From Eledone cirrhosa (taxonomy: Eukaryota), in contig OZ024743.1 in the NCBI GenBank assembly GCA_964016885.1, forward strand, positions 97,712,001-97,776,000: 64,000 nucleotides of DNA, read 5' to 3'. A program made the position numbers and the translations under genes. Under the pieces are notes generated by a model that was given only the letters and a program-made list of their open reading frames with translations, was not told the DNA's origin and made no database searches. Below, piece after piece: positions 1 through 12,326 of the stretch (position 1 is its first letter; every line of letters begins with the position of its first letter).

Positions 1-1840
1 TAAAAGCTCTAGGATAATGTTTGCTGCATTTTTGATCTTTCATGCAGGGAGAGGCTGGATTGATGACTCCACATGGACCATGAATGAGTTTGGACTTGAT
101 GGTGTCAAAGAGCTCTGGATCACCACCTTTATCAGGCAACTCTGCTGAAATGATCTTATCAACATCATCTGGTCTTAGCTTCTCCTTGCACCAGATTAGT
201 GTGTGAGAGTGAGGAAGACCTCTCTTCTGCCACTCAATAGTGGTCATCCAAGCACTAAGTTCACCAAAGATTTCTCCTTCTTTTAGGAGCCAGATGAGTT
301 TTTCTTTTTTGCTTTTCATGGAAATCCCAAGAAATGAGGTCATCTCGATCCTTTGGTTTTTGATTTTGAAATAATTCATTTGATATTTCTTACCAGTTTG
401 AATTGCATGTAAATGTAATGAAGAGATCTGGCCGACCAAATTTTCTGACATAGGCCATTGCATCTTGCGTACGTGGTCCTCCCGTGAAGCTTGATGGTAG
501 TATGACTGGCTGACCAATATTTCTTAGGTCAACATCAGAATTGATGGCATCTCTAAGGTGGATGTAGTTATCTGCCCTCAATTTAGTTTGATTCCTTCGC
601 AGAAAACCCAATCTTTCTGTTTCAATTTTGGCATACATGTCCACCGTGAACTGGCTGGTTACTTCTTTGAATCGCAGAACTTGGTTGAAGTGGTCACGTA
701 CCATGAAATGATAAGCATAGAATTCTTTGCAGCTGATTGATCGGCCAGTCACTTGTCCCGTTCTTGGGCTGATCTGCCGTAGCTGAAAATGATATCCAAC
801 TTGACCATTCCAAAAGATGAGCGGATATTGGAGTGAATCATAGGCTCTATGACTTTCACAAATTCGCTCCAAATGTCCACTTCGTTTTTGCAAAACAATG
901 TCACGTCGTTCATGCTGTTCATCAACCATTATGATTGCAACTTCATCAGTGACAGGTGCATTGAATCTGCGTTCATGTTCTGAAGCTGGGCGTTTGTCTG
1001 CCCTAATGATGATTTTACGATCTCTGGTGTTGTTCATATACTCCAGTGCATATTTAAATACACTGACGTACATGTGATGTTGGTGAAGCATTTCTTGTAA
1101 CTTTATGACTATGTAGAACTGCAATCCACCATGGACATTGGTACATCTTTGTTGTGCCTGTGTTTCATTTCCACCCATGAAGCAAACCTGCACAAATTTG
1201 TGAGGCTCCTGTGAAAGTGGCAGAAGGCCACCCATTAAGTGGTAACACTGTCCCTGAATTTTATAAGTTGTACAGAATCTAAAGTCAGTCACATTCCTGT
1301 CAGCCCCAAAAGATGTCATTTGACAGGCAGAATTATATTTTATGATGTATTTATTGAAGTGTCGTGCTTCTGGTGTATGCTGAAGGAGCAGATATTTCAG
1401 AAATTCAGGAGGTTCTTGTATTGTTTTAAGGCTCGCTTTGCCTTTTGAGCAGCATAGACTTGGTGTTTCTGCTGCCCACTTCTTGGCACCATAATACTGG
1501 CAGCATTTGTTCATTTTCCCAATGTTGATTTGTGGATTACTGCTGTAGTCGTTTTGGGGACATAAGAAAAGCACCCATCAGCCAGTTCATTTTACTTGTG
1601 GCTTGTTTTCCTGCTCGGGCAGTAGAACGATATGCTTGATTAGCATTTCGTCTGATTTGCTGCTGTTCCTTAATTTGTTGTTCTCGTGTAGCAACAGTCC
1701 TTTGTCCCCTTTCATCCAAACGGTGTGCTCGTGCTAAAGCTGTTTGGGCTCTGTTAGACGGGCATGCCGAACTTCTTCACTTTCTTCAGATCGCTGTGTT
1801 TTCTTTCTCTTAGCCTCTGAAGATGACCTTCCATATAATG
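1..1840 (-). pseudogene. Helitron Rep/helicase (RepHel) N-terminal and HUH Rep domain, frameshifted
   Basis: ORF 390-1574 has YDSLQYPLIF, ILPSSFTGGPR and FGRPDLFITFTCN (Rep motif 1). Bases 1-275 on the minus strand translate to TIEWQKRGLPHSHTLIW (HUH motif 2) and LIHGPCG..PCMKDQKCSKHYP. Charged N-terminal pieces lie in ORFs 1537-1719 and 1734-1840. Confidence 0.92.
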
Positions 1841-1844
1841 ATCT

Positions 1845-2101
1845 AGGGTCGGACGCCATGCTTTGACGTATAGAGTTTCGGCCCTTGCCATTCTGAGTTA
1901 AAATCCCGTTGAGGTTAACTTTGCTTTTCATCCTTACGGGGTCGATAAAATAAAGTACTAGTAATGCACTGGGTAATTGCTGGCCTTGTGCCAAAAGTAG
2001 AAACAATTATTACACACCACACGATAAAATAAAGTACCAGTAATGCACTGGAATAATTGCTGGCCTTGTGCCAAAAGTAGAAACAATTATTACACACCAC
2101 A
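1845..2101 (+). mobile_element. tRNA-derived SINE, 5'-truncated, with tandemly duplicated 3' tail, inserted at the start of the Helitron ORF
   Basis: Matches the copies at 27190, 52830 and 63199 (GAGTT(C/A)AAATCCCG B-box; CATCCTTACGGGGTCGATAAAATAAAGTAC; GGCCTTGTGCCAAAAGTAGAAACAATTATT). The last ~79 bp occur twice. Confidence 0.85.
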
Positions 2102-2403
2102 CTCTTTCCGAAATAGAAACAACTATAGAATGTATTGTTTACTCAGTAAAATTGTTTTAAATGATCTCTTTATATGAATGTATATTAGGTGTAATTAATT
2201 TTAGACATATGTAGAAAATATTGGGATTTCAGATTGTATAAAAAAAAACGACAAACACTACAAAAACAATATTTTCTGTGTTAATTCAAATAACAGCGGA
2301 AAATAATATATTCAAATAATATCTTTTAAAAATACCGTTTTTTTTTTTCTCTTAAATACATACATATATACACCCTTGCAAGCAGGGTAAAGAGGACGTA
2401 AAA

Positions 2404-2409
2404 TGATGT

Positions 2410-2454
<45 letters not shown>
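2404..2454 (+). repeat. (GAT)n microsatellite, probably a retroposon 3' tail
   Basis: ~16 GAT units preceded by a short stem-loop ACCCT-TGCAAGC-AGGGT. Confidence 0.8.
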
Positions 2455-2455
<1 letters not shown>

Positions 2456-3478
2456 ACAACTTCTATAAAAGCATCTGTGATTTCTTTAGACATATGTAGA
2501 AAATAAGCTTTGATGGTAACATATATCGTCTGCTAAAGAAGCCCCCTCCCCCTCCATAACACATGTGTGTGTAAATATATATATAAACGCGGACACACGT
2601 CAGTTAAAGAATCCCTCCAATCACCCTCCATCTCTCCTGCCTCTTTACTTTTTTTCTCTCTCCCATCTTTTCTCTTTACTTATTGTCTTTTTCTCCCCAT
2701 CCGCCCCACCACCTTTCTCTTTCTTTCTCTCTCTCATCCTTTCACAATAGCAAACAAAAAATAAATAAAAGATAAATAACATTAGGAGAGTTAAGAAGTG
2801 TGTAAAAATAATAAATAAATAAAAGTTAATGAACGCTAGCCTCTCTCTCTCTCTCTTTTTTCTCTCTCACATCCCCTCTCTCTCTACGGAATAGAGAACA
2901 AAAAATAAAGAAAAGATAAATAACGTTAAGGAAGTGGGAGAGTTAAGAATTGTGTAAAAATAATAAATAAAAGTTAAGAACGCTGGTTACTTTCCCTCTC
3001 TCTCTTTCATCGTCTTTCTCTCTCATTCCCTTACTCTTTTTCTTTCTCTCCACATCTTCTTACTCTCTCTCTCTCTCGCCCATCTCCCACTCTCTCTCAT
3101 CCCTTACTCTCTTTCTTTCTCTCTCACATTTCCTTACTCTCTCTCCCACTCACTCTCTCTCTTTCTCTCTCATCGCCCTACTTTCTCTTCCATCTCCCAC
3201 TCTCTCTCTTTCTCTCTCATCCCTTACTCTCTCTCTCTCTCCCATCCCTAACTCTCTTATCTAGAGACTGGAGAACATAAAAAACAAAATGGATGATCTC
3301 TTTTGATATTCATTAGTAAATAAGATAAATTGAATTTAAATGAATTCCTTGGTTTGTAAAGTAAAACTTTTTCGCCCGTTACCTGTCCGAGTGTATAGTG
3401 AATATGTACAAGTAATTTTGAGGAGTTTGGTCCGGTATTTTGCTAGTTTTAGGCGGACACACAGAATCGTAAACTTGC

Positions 3479-3515
<37 letters not shown>

Positions 3516-4374
3516 TAGATGATGCTCAAGATTTTCATATGATGCTCTTAGATTTCTTTTACATCATACACATAGATAATCTCATACACACAGACGGGGA
3601 CTAACCATAGCAGTATTTGCATGTAGGCCCCTAGAGAGGGTTAAACAAATGTAATAATAAAACAACTGGAAATCTCTAATGAAGAACTGAATTCATTGTC
3701 ACTGCATAAATGAAACGAAAATAGAAGCTGAACACACGTCTCTAATCTGCAATCAGTTGACAGTTAATGACTGCTAGAATATTTGGGTCGGTTTAAAACG
3801 GAGTCTGCTTCTGCATAAATACTTGTGTGTGAGGGCTCATACATTCTTGTGTTTGGGCTCATACGCATACTTATATGCATGTTAAATATTAAAACCCCAT
3901 TTAACATGTTTCACCGAAAATGTCGGTGATTTTCAGTAATTTTCCTGAAATATCACTATGATATCAGCTTCGTGGGGAAGTTCAATTACCGATGTAGACA
4001 TAATAATTTTCATAGCAGTTAGGTTGCAATGTTACATTGTTTTTCGTATGTGTGTTATCAGATCTTGAGGTCAGGGGGCAATTTACAGGTCGTGATGTTG
4101 AACGTGGCTCACCGTAACAGAGAAACGATGGTAAAAGTATACTATGAATCACTAATTCCAGGTTTTAGTTCCACCTAAACCGTTGTCAACGCCTCATAAG
4201 GATTTCATCAGTAATTATATCTGCAGACACGCATGAATGCGTTGAGTTATTGTAGATAGTCAAGTTATGGTGGCAGGAACATTATATCATATATATGTAA
4301 CACAAGACGAAACCGCTTGGCGCCGCGGTCGGGATTTTACATAGCCCCCCCCCCCTTTCTCTCTCTCGCTTTAT

Positions 4375-6000
4375 ATGTATATTTATATGGACAACTGCTT
4401 CATCCTCTGGCATGAAAGTATAGAAAGACTGATTGAGTTTAAAACCCTTCTAAATGGACTCAACACAAACTTACAATTCACAATGGATTACAGCCATGAA
4501 CAACTCCCTTTCCTTGACATCCTCATCAAGAAAACAAGCAACAAAATAGAAACAGACATATACTACAAACCCACAGACTCCAAACAATATCTTCCATTTA
4601 ACTCATGCCAACGTCACCATACCAAAATGGCAATTCCTTATAACCTAGCCAGAAGGATCTGCACATTATTTTCAGATAAATACACACGATTAGAAGAATT
4701 AAAGAACGCACTTATCAGCAGAAACTGCCCACCATCCCTAATCAACAATGGATTCCAACGTGCCCTAAAACTCAACATCCAGGAACTCAGACACCCTAAA
4801 CCCAGGATTGAACCGAAACAGAAAACTCTACCACAAATCTCCACACACAACCCCCTTAACAATGAGGCATTCGACACCATCCTCTAGAACATTCCTTTAC
4901 TAAACAGAGACCCAAGAATGAACAAAATCCCCCAAACACACATCATAAATAGCAAAAGGCAACCTAAATCCATAAAAGACATCCTCACACAAACCAAAAT
5001 CCAACCAACCCTCACAATGAACCCTACAGTAAAAAGAAAATGCGGAGGGCCCAACTCCTATATGCATAAATCTAATAGAAGGTTCAACATTCCATTTTAA
5101 AAAAGGACAACATTTCACATTTAAATACAACTTTGCATGTGCATCTGAAAACCTAATCTATGTTTTGACCTGCTCAGGTTGTCAAGAGCACTACATAGGA
5201 TAGACAAAAAAACAGCCTCCGACAACGTATGACCATCCATAGATCACAAATCAAAATACAGGAATACAGAAAGATTGCTTTTAGTGAACATATCGCCAAT
5301 TGTGCACCTAACTAACATCCAAACTTTAAAATTTTCCCCATTTACAAATTCATAGACAACACTTCTTTCATCCATAGTACTAATAAGGAAACGTAATTCA
5401 TTAACACATTCCAACCTCTACTTAATGGACTAAGCTTCGGACTAAACTAAAACTGGAACGAACAATAAACCAAAGCCCCAATCCCTATGTCTCTAAAGAG
5501 TTACCTCCCTACACCCTACGTAATCCTTTTTCTTATATAAATGAATTACCACTCTCACACATCTCTCTCCCCTACCCGACCAACCTGAATTACCTCCCGC
5601 TGTATATTAACTCTCTAAAAAGGGAAAACATATCAAACCCCAGACTACCATTTGCCTCCATCATGGACCAACCAAGCGCTCTTGCCATAATAACACTTTT
5701 TGAATTGCTTATCCTCAAGAACTATGCCTGTAAATAATAGTATTCTTTCTTTCCCATTACCTTATTATGTTCCACATCACCCCCTTGTTTTTCTCTTTTT
5801 CTTTTTACTTCAAAAGCCTTGTTTGTAAATAATATTATTCTTTCTTCCCCATTTCCTTAACATGTTCAACATCACATTATCTTCTCTCCAACATTTTACA
5901 CCAATACATATCCCTCCCCCCTTTTGATAATGCATAAAATGCTGAAACCGGTAATAGACAATTATTAAATATATGAATAAATAAATAAATAAATAAATGC
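4375..6000 (+). mobile_element. Penelope-like element 3' fragment (RT C-terminus/thumb, GIY-YIG, 3' UTR), Neptune-like, decayed
   Basis: YMDNCFILW..LPFLDILIKK..TDIYYKPTDSKQYL..AIPYNLARRICT. A Cys linker is followed by CASENLIYVLTCSGCQEHYIG and RQRMTIHRS, with stops and frameshifts. Hammerhead-like motif at ~5924-5953. Confidence 0.88.
5918..5960 (+). ncRNA. degenerate minimal type I hammerhead ribozyme motif (PLE 3' UTR)
   Basis: TTGATAA - t GCAT aaa ATGC t - GAA ACCGGT A. U3/A8 core variant, stem II and palindromic stem III are present, but stem I does not pair well. Confidence 0.5.
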
Positions 6001-6269
6001 CATTGTTAATTAATAAATAAATTAACTAATACCTTAACACTTCACACAAAGTAAAATATTTTGTTTTAAACATTTCCTAACCCAGAAAAAATAGGAAAAA
6101 CTAAAAGAAAAAAAATATAATTTTCTTCCTAATAATCGTCTTTTTCTCCCTATTTACATATTTATCACCCCCACCCACCATACACACACACACTCTCTCA
6201 AGAGCGTGAACCTAATAAACATTTATTTGTACTGCCTCTGTTGTTGTTCCCGTCCAAGTTTTCACTATA

Positions 6270-6308
<39 letters not shown>

Positions 6309-6318
6309 ATATATAGGC

Positions 6319-6358
<40 letters not shown>

Positions 6359-7414
6359 CATCTGAGTTTTTTCGAATATTAATAATAATATTCGATTGTT
6401 TACAATTATGCAAACAAGCCTCATTTTTAAAGCCATGTGAGTAGAATGAGCTCCTCATTATTGCTTTCGTGTTGGCATGTAGACAGAACTGCAGACACTT
6501 TTATATATATATATGTGTGTGTGTGTGTGCGCGTGTGTGTGTGAATATAATTATACGTATAAATATGTATATGCAGGCACACACACGTGCATGTGTGTGC
6601 AGGGGGTAGATGTATTACTTACGTTAATATAACTAATTATGTATATCAATATGAGTGCGAAACGAGACATATTAACGGTTTCCATTACACTTTGTTTGAT
6701 ATGTTTTCTCAGATAATTTATACTGTAAAAAGAGAAACAGAAAGCTTTAGATGAATATATTCAGATAGTAAACTATGCCTTGAAGCTACTCTCGCTTATA
6801 TGCAAATTTATTAGCCTGCGTAAATCAGTTACTTCAGAACTGCATACAATTTCATTTTCTCTTTTTTTCTTTGGTTGTGTTTTGTTTACGTCTAGAAAGC
6901 ACAGAACACACTACATCGTTAGGTGTAAGTTGCTTACAAATTTACTCATTTGAATAAGCTATCTATGACATAATCTTCTTCGGGAGATCATCTGTGAGCA
7001 GATGGGTTTGACAGTAGATGTGTTTGCAGAAATATGTCGTGAAGTTAATTGCAGTTAGACTGTCATTGTATAACGACGGAGGCAAAAAAAAAGAACTAAC
7101 GAAGTTTAAACGTTCGTTTTGTTTCAAAGTAAAGATAACTGATCAAATTATTTTGTTACTTTTCTATCGATTTGTTTCCTGAAATATGTCTTGAAGAAGT
7201 ATTTATTTTCTTTTTAAGATAGGTATATTTGCCTCTTTTTATCAATTACTTGAGATACGAAGCCATATTCTCTGCTGTTCAGCTACGATTTCGGAGTCAA
7301 CCGTTACACAAACAAGATACTAAAGTTATTCGATCAAATATAGGTGTCCATAGAGATGAGGATGACAACAGTTTATGGAACTGCGGTGCCTCCAAAACAA
7401 TACTTATATGCAAA

Positions 7415-7427
7415 CGCATACAAAATT

Positions 7428-7496
<69 letters not shown>

Positions 7497-7604
7497 AAAT
7501 TACCTATATATAGAGAGAGAGAAAATTACCTATATATATATATATATAAATATATATATATACAAAATTCCCTATACATATATATATATACGCATACACA
7601 ATTA

Positions 7605-7653
<49 letters not shown>

Positions 7654-7676
7654 GCATACACAATTACCTATATATA

Positions 7677-7745
<69 letters not shown>
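7415..7745. repeat. compound (TA)n microsatellite with recurring CGCATACACAATTA(T/C)CTA unit
   Basis: Seen directly. The same unit resumes at 10750-10830 on the far side of the PLE. Confidence 0.85.
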
Positions 7746-7749
<4 letters not shown>

Positions 7750-8974
7750 GGATGCACTCATTACCAGAATCAAGAAGGACCCACACCTCTTCGTTACCTC
7801 TGACAAAACCAAGAAGCTGTATAAGATAGACGTGAGCAAGTACAAACATTTCATTTATAAGGAACTACATAAAAACTATAAGAAAACACCAACTAGCACT
7901 TTAAATGACATAAATAGGGTAGGGAAGGACATGGTTACTAGCCTTAACATAGATAAGTACACGAACCCATATGTCCCTATGACACCTAGATTCTCTCTTA
8001 AGGATCACAAATGTAACTTTAACGAAAACCCCTCTATTAGACTTATATGCCCATCTACTTCGGATATAGGTAAAATTGGTAAAGTGATCCTAGATAGAAT
8101 ACTACTAGAACTTAATAATAAAGCCAATGTCTGTCTCTGGAGCAGCACCGACGAGGTCATTAATTGGTTCATGGAGTTACCTGATAAAACAACTCTCAAG
8201 TTCATACAGTTTGACATAGATGGCTACTATGTATCGATCTCCCCCATACTCCTAAATAAAGCGCTTATCCTAGCTAAGTCTAATACTAGCCTCACTAGGA
8301 AAGAGATAGATATTGTGCTCTCAGCGCGTAGAACTATTATCAAGTTTGATGGTTCCTACTGGAGCAGCACCAACCGTCCTGATAACTTTGATATCACGAT
8401 GGGGTCCAGCGACTCGGCGCAAGTAATCGACCTGGTCGGGATATACCTCCTCCATAGAATTAGGGACGAGATACCGGCCCTACAGGGCGGGGTATATAGG
8501 GACGATGCCCTGTTTACCGTGCGAATCCACAGCCCCCGCAGGATAGAGAACCTTAACAAGCGCATACACAAGTTCTTTAAGACATATGGCCTATCAGTGA
8601 CCATGGACCTCAACCACCAAACAGTCAATTTCCTAGATGTAACCCTGGAGTTGAGTACGGGCCTATACAAGCCATACCATAAGCCCGGTGAGATCCTGTC
8701 CTATATAAACTATACATCTAACCACCCTAAGTCTACCCTCAACTCCATAGTATATAGCATATCCCATAGGGTCACGAGGCTCTCCGCCAATGAAAATATC
8801 TTCAACCAAGCGGCCGAATATTATAATAAAGCTTTACTAAATGCCGGTTTTAACTGGAAAATATCCTACATCCTTAATGCTAGCTCTAGAAACCAACCCC
8901 AACGTAGGAATAATGTTATAGTGAGGCATACCTATAACAGAGCACGCTACAGCCATGACAGCGTCAAGAACTAA
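7746..8974 (+). pseudogene. PLE reverse transcriptase domain (open stretch; its apparent start lies in a microsatellite)
   Basis: ORF 7682-8974 with the RT motifs above. Downstream domains are separated by a stop and frameshifts. Confidence 0.85.
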
Positions 8975-10654
8975 AGTATAGAGAACCACACTAAGAAACT
9001 TGGCCACACCGTTAATTACATGAGTGTCGACCAAGACAACCGACAGCATGGTAAGTGTTACCCGATTGGTAGCGCCACCCGCTGCAACCTATTAGAGTTA
9101 TTCCCTAACTATAAGACCAGCAATTGCGGCGCCCTATTACCAACACCCTCCAACCCGCGTCCAACCACAAATAGAAAGTACAGAAGTAAGGCGCCCCCAC
9201 CTGAACATAAAGTAATGGGGACGAATAACCGGCTACAGCACAGGAACAACCGTAAGTACTGTCAACTAGGAAGCACAACCTGTAGCAAACCAACTGTAAA
9301 CGCCACCGTAATATCATAAGGTTCCACACACTCACACCCCACACCCCTAGTCTCGGAGTGAGGCATCCGACGTACCGGGGATATTCTTCGACGCCTTGGA
9401 GAGGAATTTCCCACCTAATCATAAATACAGAAAAATATTTAACAGGAACAATATCAAAATATCCTTCTCTACCACCCCCAATCTAGCTGACATCATAGGA
9501 GCAACTAATCACAGTAAGATTAACAAAACACTACACCTTAGCACAGATACATCTAGACATGACAACAACACTAATAACCTTAACATCCCCCTAACAGCAC
9601 CAAATAGGGTGGATGGCCGCCCCGGCAGACGAAACCCACGTAACCAGGGCGTGATTGATTGAAGAATATACCGGCGACCCACATGCGTCACCCACCGGCA
9701 GCAGAACGGGCAGCGGTGTGCGGAATAATAATTGTATAACACCGCACGCCTTGAGAGATAACAGTACCAATGACGGAGTTAGAGACATAGATAACAACAT
9801 ATATAGCAATAGTAATAGCTTTACTTTAGGAACTAAGACGACCGTGAAACTGTCGTGACAGGGGAGGCTGCCCTCTCAGGGGAAACTGCCTGACTGATAA
9901 GGTTGTTTATAGGTGCACCGTAACTAGCCATAGCGGAGTTAAACACTATATAGGAGCATTCTCTGGCCAGTTTAAAACGAGACTTAGAACGCATCTCCAC
10001 TCTTTGAGGAACAAAAAATTAAGGCACTCCACATCGCTTGCCAACTACGTCACCACATTACAAGACGACAACATAAGCTTCTCCATACACTGGGATATTG
10101 TCAGTAGGGCTGCACCCTACAACTTTAGGGGGAAATGCCAGCTCTGCCTCATGGAGCTGTACTACATCATAAGAACACCCCATGAACTCTTAAACAGCCG
10201 AGCAGAATCAGTTATTAATTGTAAACACCGGGTACAGGCGTCGTTTTTGCCTGGGAGGTGACTGTGACATGAAAACTACGAACTGGGTCCTCCTGCCCGA
10301 ACCATACACCCCGGTGGGCAGGCAGTATGAACAAACATCTGTGAACCAAATGTACACCGAAGACCATACTCGAACAAACATTAGTGAAGCAACATCCACT
10401 AAATAATAAATGGTCACTCCAGACCCGACCTGTACTGGCACTAGTGAAGCAACACACATAACATAAAGATGCTAAACACCAGCATATGAATAAGCATTAA
10501 AATCCACATGGGACTGATTGCTTGAACACCAGCCAGAGTTACTCCCCCTGCTCTGTGATAATAAAAACATGCACAGAGGGGAAAATGAATGATGATGTTA
10601 ATTTAACCGTAAATTCCCTCCTGGGTCCTATATTGAACATTATTTTGCTTTCCA

Positions 10655-10697
10655 TGCCTTTGATAAGTCCGCTCAGGGCGAAACGTACGTAGGTGCA
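10655..10697 (+). ncRNA. minimal type I hammerhead ribozyme, U3-A8 variant
   Basis: TGCCT-TTGATAA-GTCC gctca GGGC-GAA ACGTACGT A-GGTGCA. Stems I and II pair, stem III is palindromic, the triplet is GUA. A homologue lies at 46357-46399 on the minus strand. Confidence 0.75.
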
Positions 10698-11611
10698 CAA
10701 TTATATAAACATGTTTTAACGGTTTTAAACTGTTTGTATTCATTTCCTTTATATATATATATATATATACGCAAACAAAATTAGCTATAAATATATATAT
10801 ATATACATACGCATACAAAATAATCTATATGTGTGTGTGTGTGTGTGTGTCTGTGTGTGTGTATACACAGTATACACATATATGTTTGTGTGCGTATATG
10901 GGTGCGGGCATGTGTATGAGTATACATAAAATAAGGGTTGATAGTGTAAAATATCTACGAGAGATATTAATCCAGCAACTGAAGCAAAAATGGAGTAAAT
11001 CTGTCCATCAAAGGTATACTTGCTGTATTAACGTGAGTGGCGTTGTAAAAAGAAACAGTCTGAAATATTTCTTAACAAATATCGAATAGCTATTGAAAGT
11101 AAGATGAAGATATTGACAAGACTTGTCCCAGTAATAAAGACATGTATGTTGCCATGATTACATTAATAAATGATAAAGAATTTATACAAAAGATTAAAAA
11201 ATTAGCCTTCATCAAGTTACAGGTAGCACTTGAAGTAGGTGAGAGGTTTCGACGAGATACGAGATTGCTATAGTTATCAAGTGGGGATGAATAAAACAAA
11301 TATATTACATGTAAAATAAGAAAATTTTAAAAACCTTCATTGTTAGAATACTTCTTATATAACTCGGTTTTAAGATAATCTAAAATATGTATCTTTTCAA
11401 AGTTTGAAATTTTGACATGTTAGCAATATTACAAGAATGTTGACACAAGAGAATGGCTGAGGCCTCGAACCGAACAGATATCAATTCAGTATCAACTGTT
11501 TCATTTCTTTTTATTTGGGTTTTATTTCTTCAATTTTTTATATTGGGAATTCGGATTGTGCTGCATGTATACGCCCACTTTTCACTTTTCCTCTCACACC
11601 TACAAAGTGAT

Positions 11612-11644
<33 letters not shown>

Positions 11645-11804
11645 CACACACACACACACAGAGACACACACACACACACACACACATATACATACACACG
11701 CGCGCGCGCCTTACAAATTACGCATGCATGTGATTGCAAACAGAAATAAGCATTTACCATTGTGTTTTTTCTCTGTCTCTAAATCATTTTCCCTCTCTTC
11801 CTCT

Positions 11805-12200
11805 GTACACACAGACACACAAACACACAGGCACACAAACACACAGGCACACAAACACACATGCACACAAACACACAGGCACACAGACACACAGGCACAC
11901 AAACTCACAGACACACAAACACACAGGCACACAAACACACAGGCACACAAACACAGACACAAAACACACAGGCACACAAACACACAGGCACACAGACACA
12001 CAGGCACACAAACACACAGGCACACAGACACACAGGCACACAAACTCACAGACACACAAACACACAGGCACACAAACACACAGGCACACAAACACACAGG
12101 CACACAGACACACAGGCACACAAACTCACAGACACACAAACACACAGGCACACAAACACACAGGCACACAAACACACAGGCACACAAACACACAGGCACA
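11805..12200. repeat. 16-bp minisatellite (ACACACAGGCACACAA)n derived from (CA)n
   Basis: About 24 units with variants, read directly. Confidence 0.9.
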
Positions 12201-12274
12201 CATGCACACATACACACACACACAGTAACACACACACATACATACACACACGCATGCACACACATATACCCCCC

Positions 12275-12326
<52 letters not shown>

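Larger units (their letters stand above)
1..3519 (-). mobile_element. Helitron (5' part, runs off the left edge of the window), decayed
   Basis: RepHel-type coding remnants at 1-1840. Minus strand at ~3519 begins TC-TATCTATATA...AAATGCAAGTTTACGATTCTGTGTGTCCGCC, resembling Helitron 5' termini, in the same orientation. The right boundary is an inference. Confidence 0.6.
7746..10750 (+). mobile_element. Penelope-like element, 5'-truncated (RT plus C-terminal GIY-YIG, probably Hydra-clade-like), with 3' hammerhead
   Basis: RT: [63 protein letters not shown]. Later frames give NFPPNHKYRKIFNRNNIKISFS and NCRDRG.CP..GNCLTDKVVY..HYIG..FKTR..H..CQLCLMELYYI..LLNSRAE. Confidence 0.92.
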
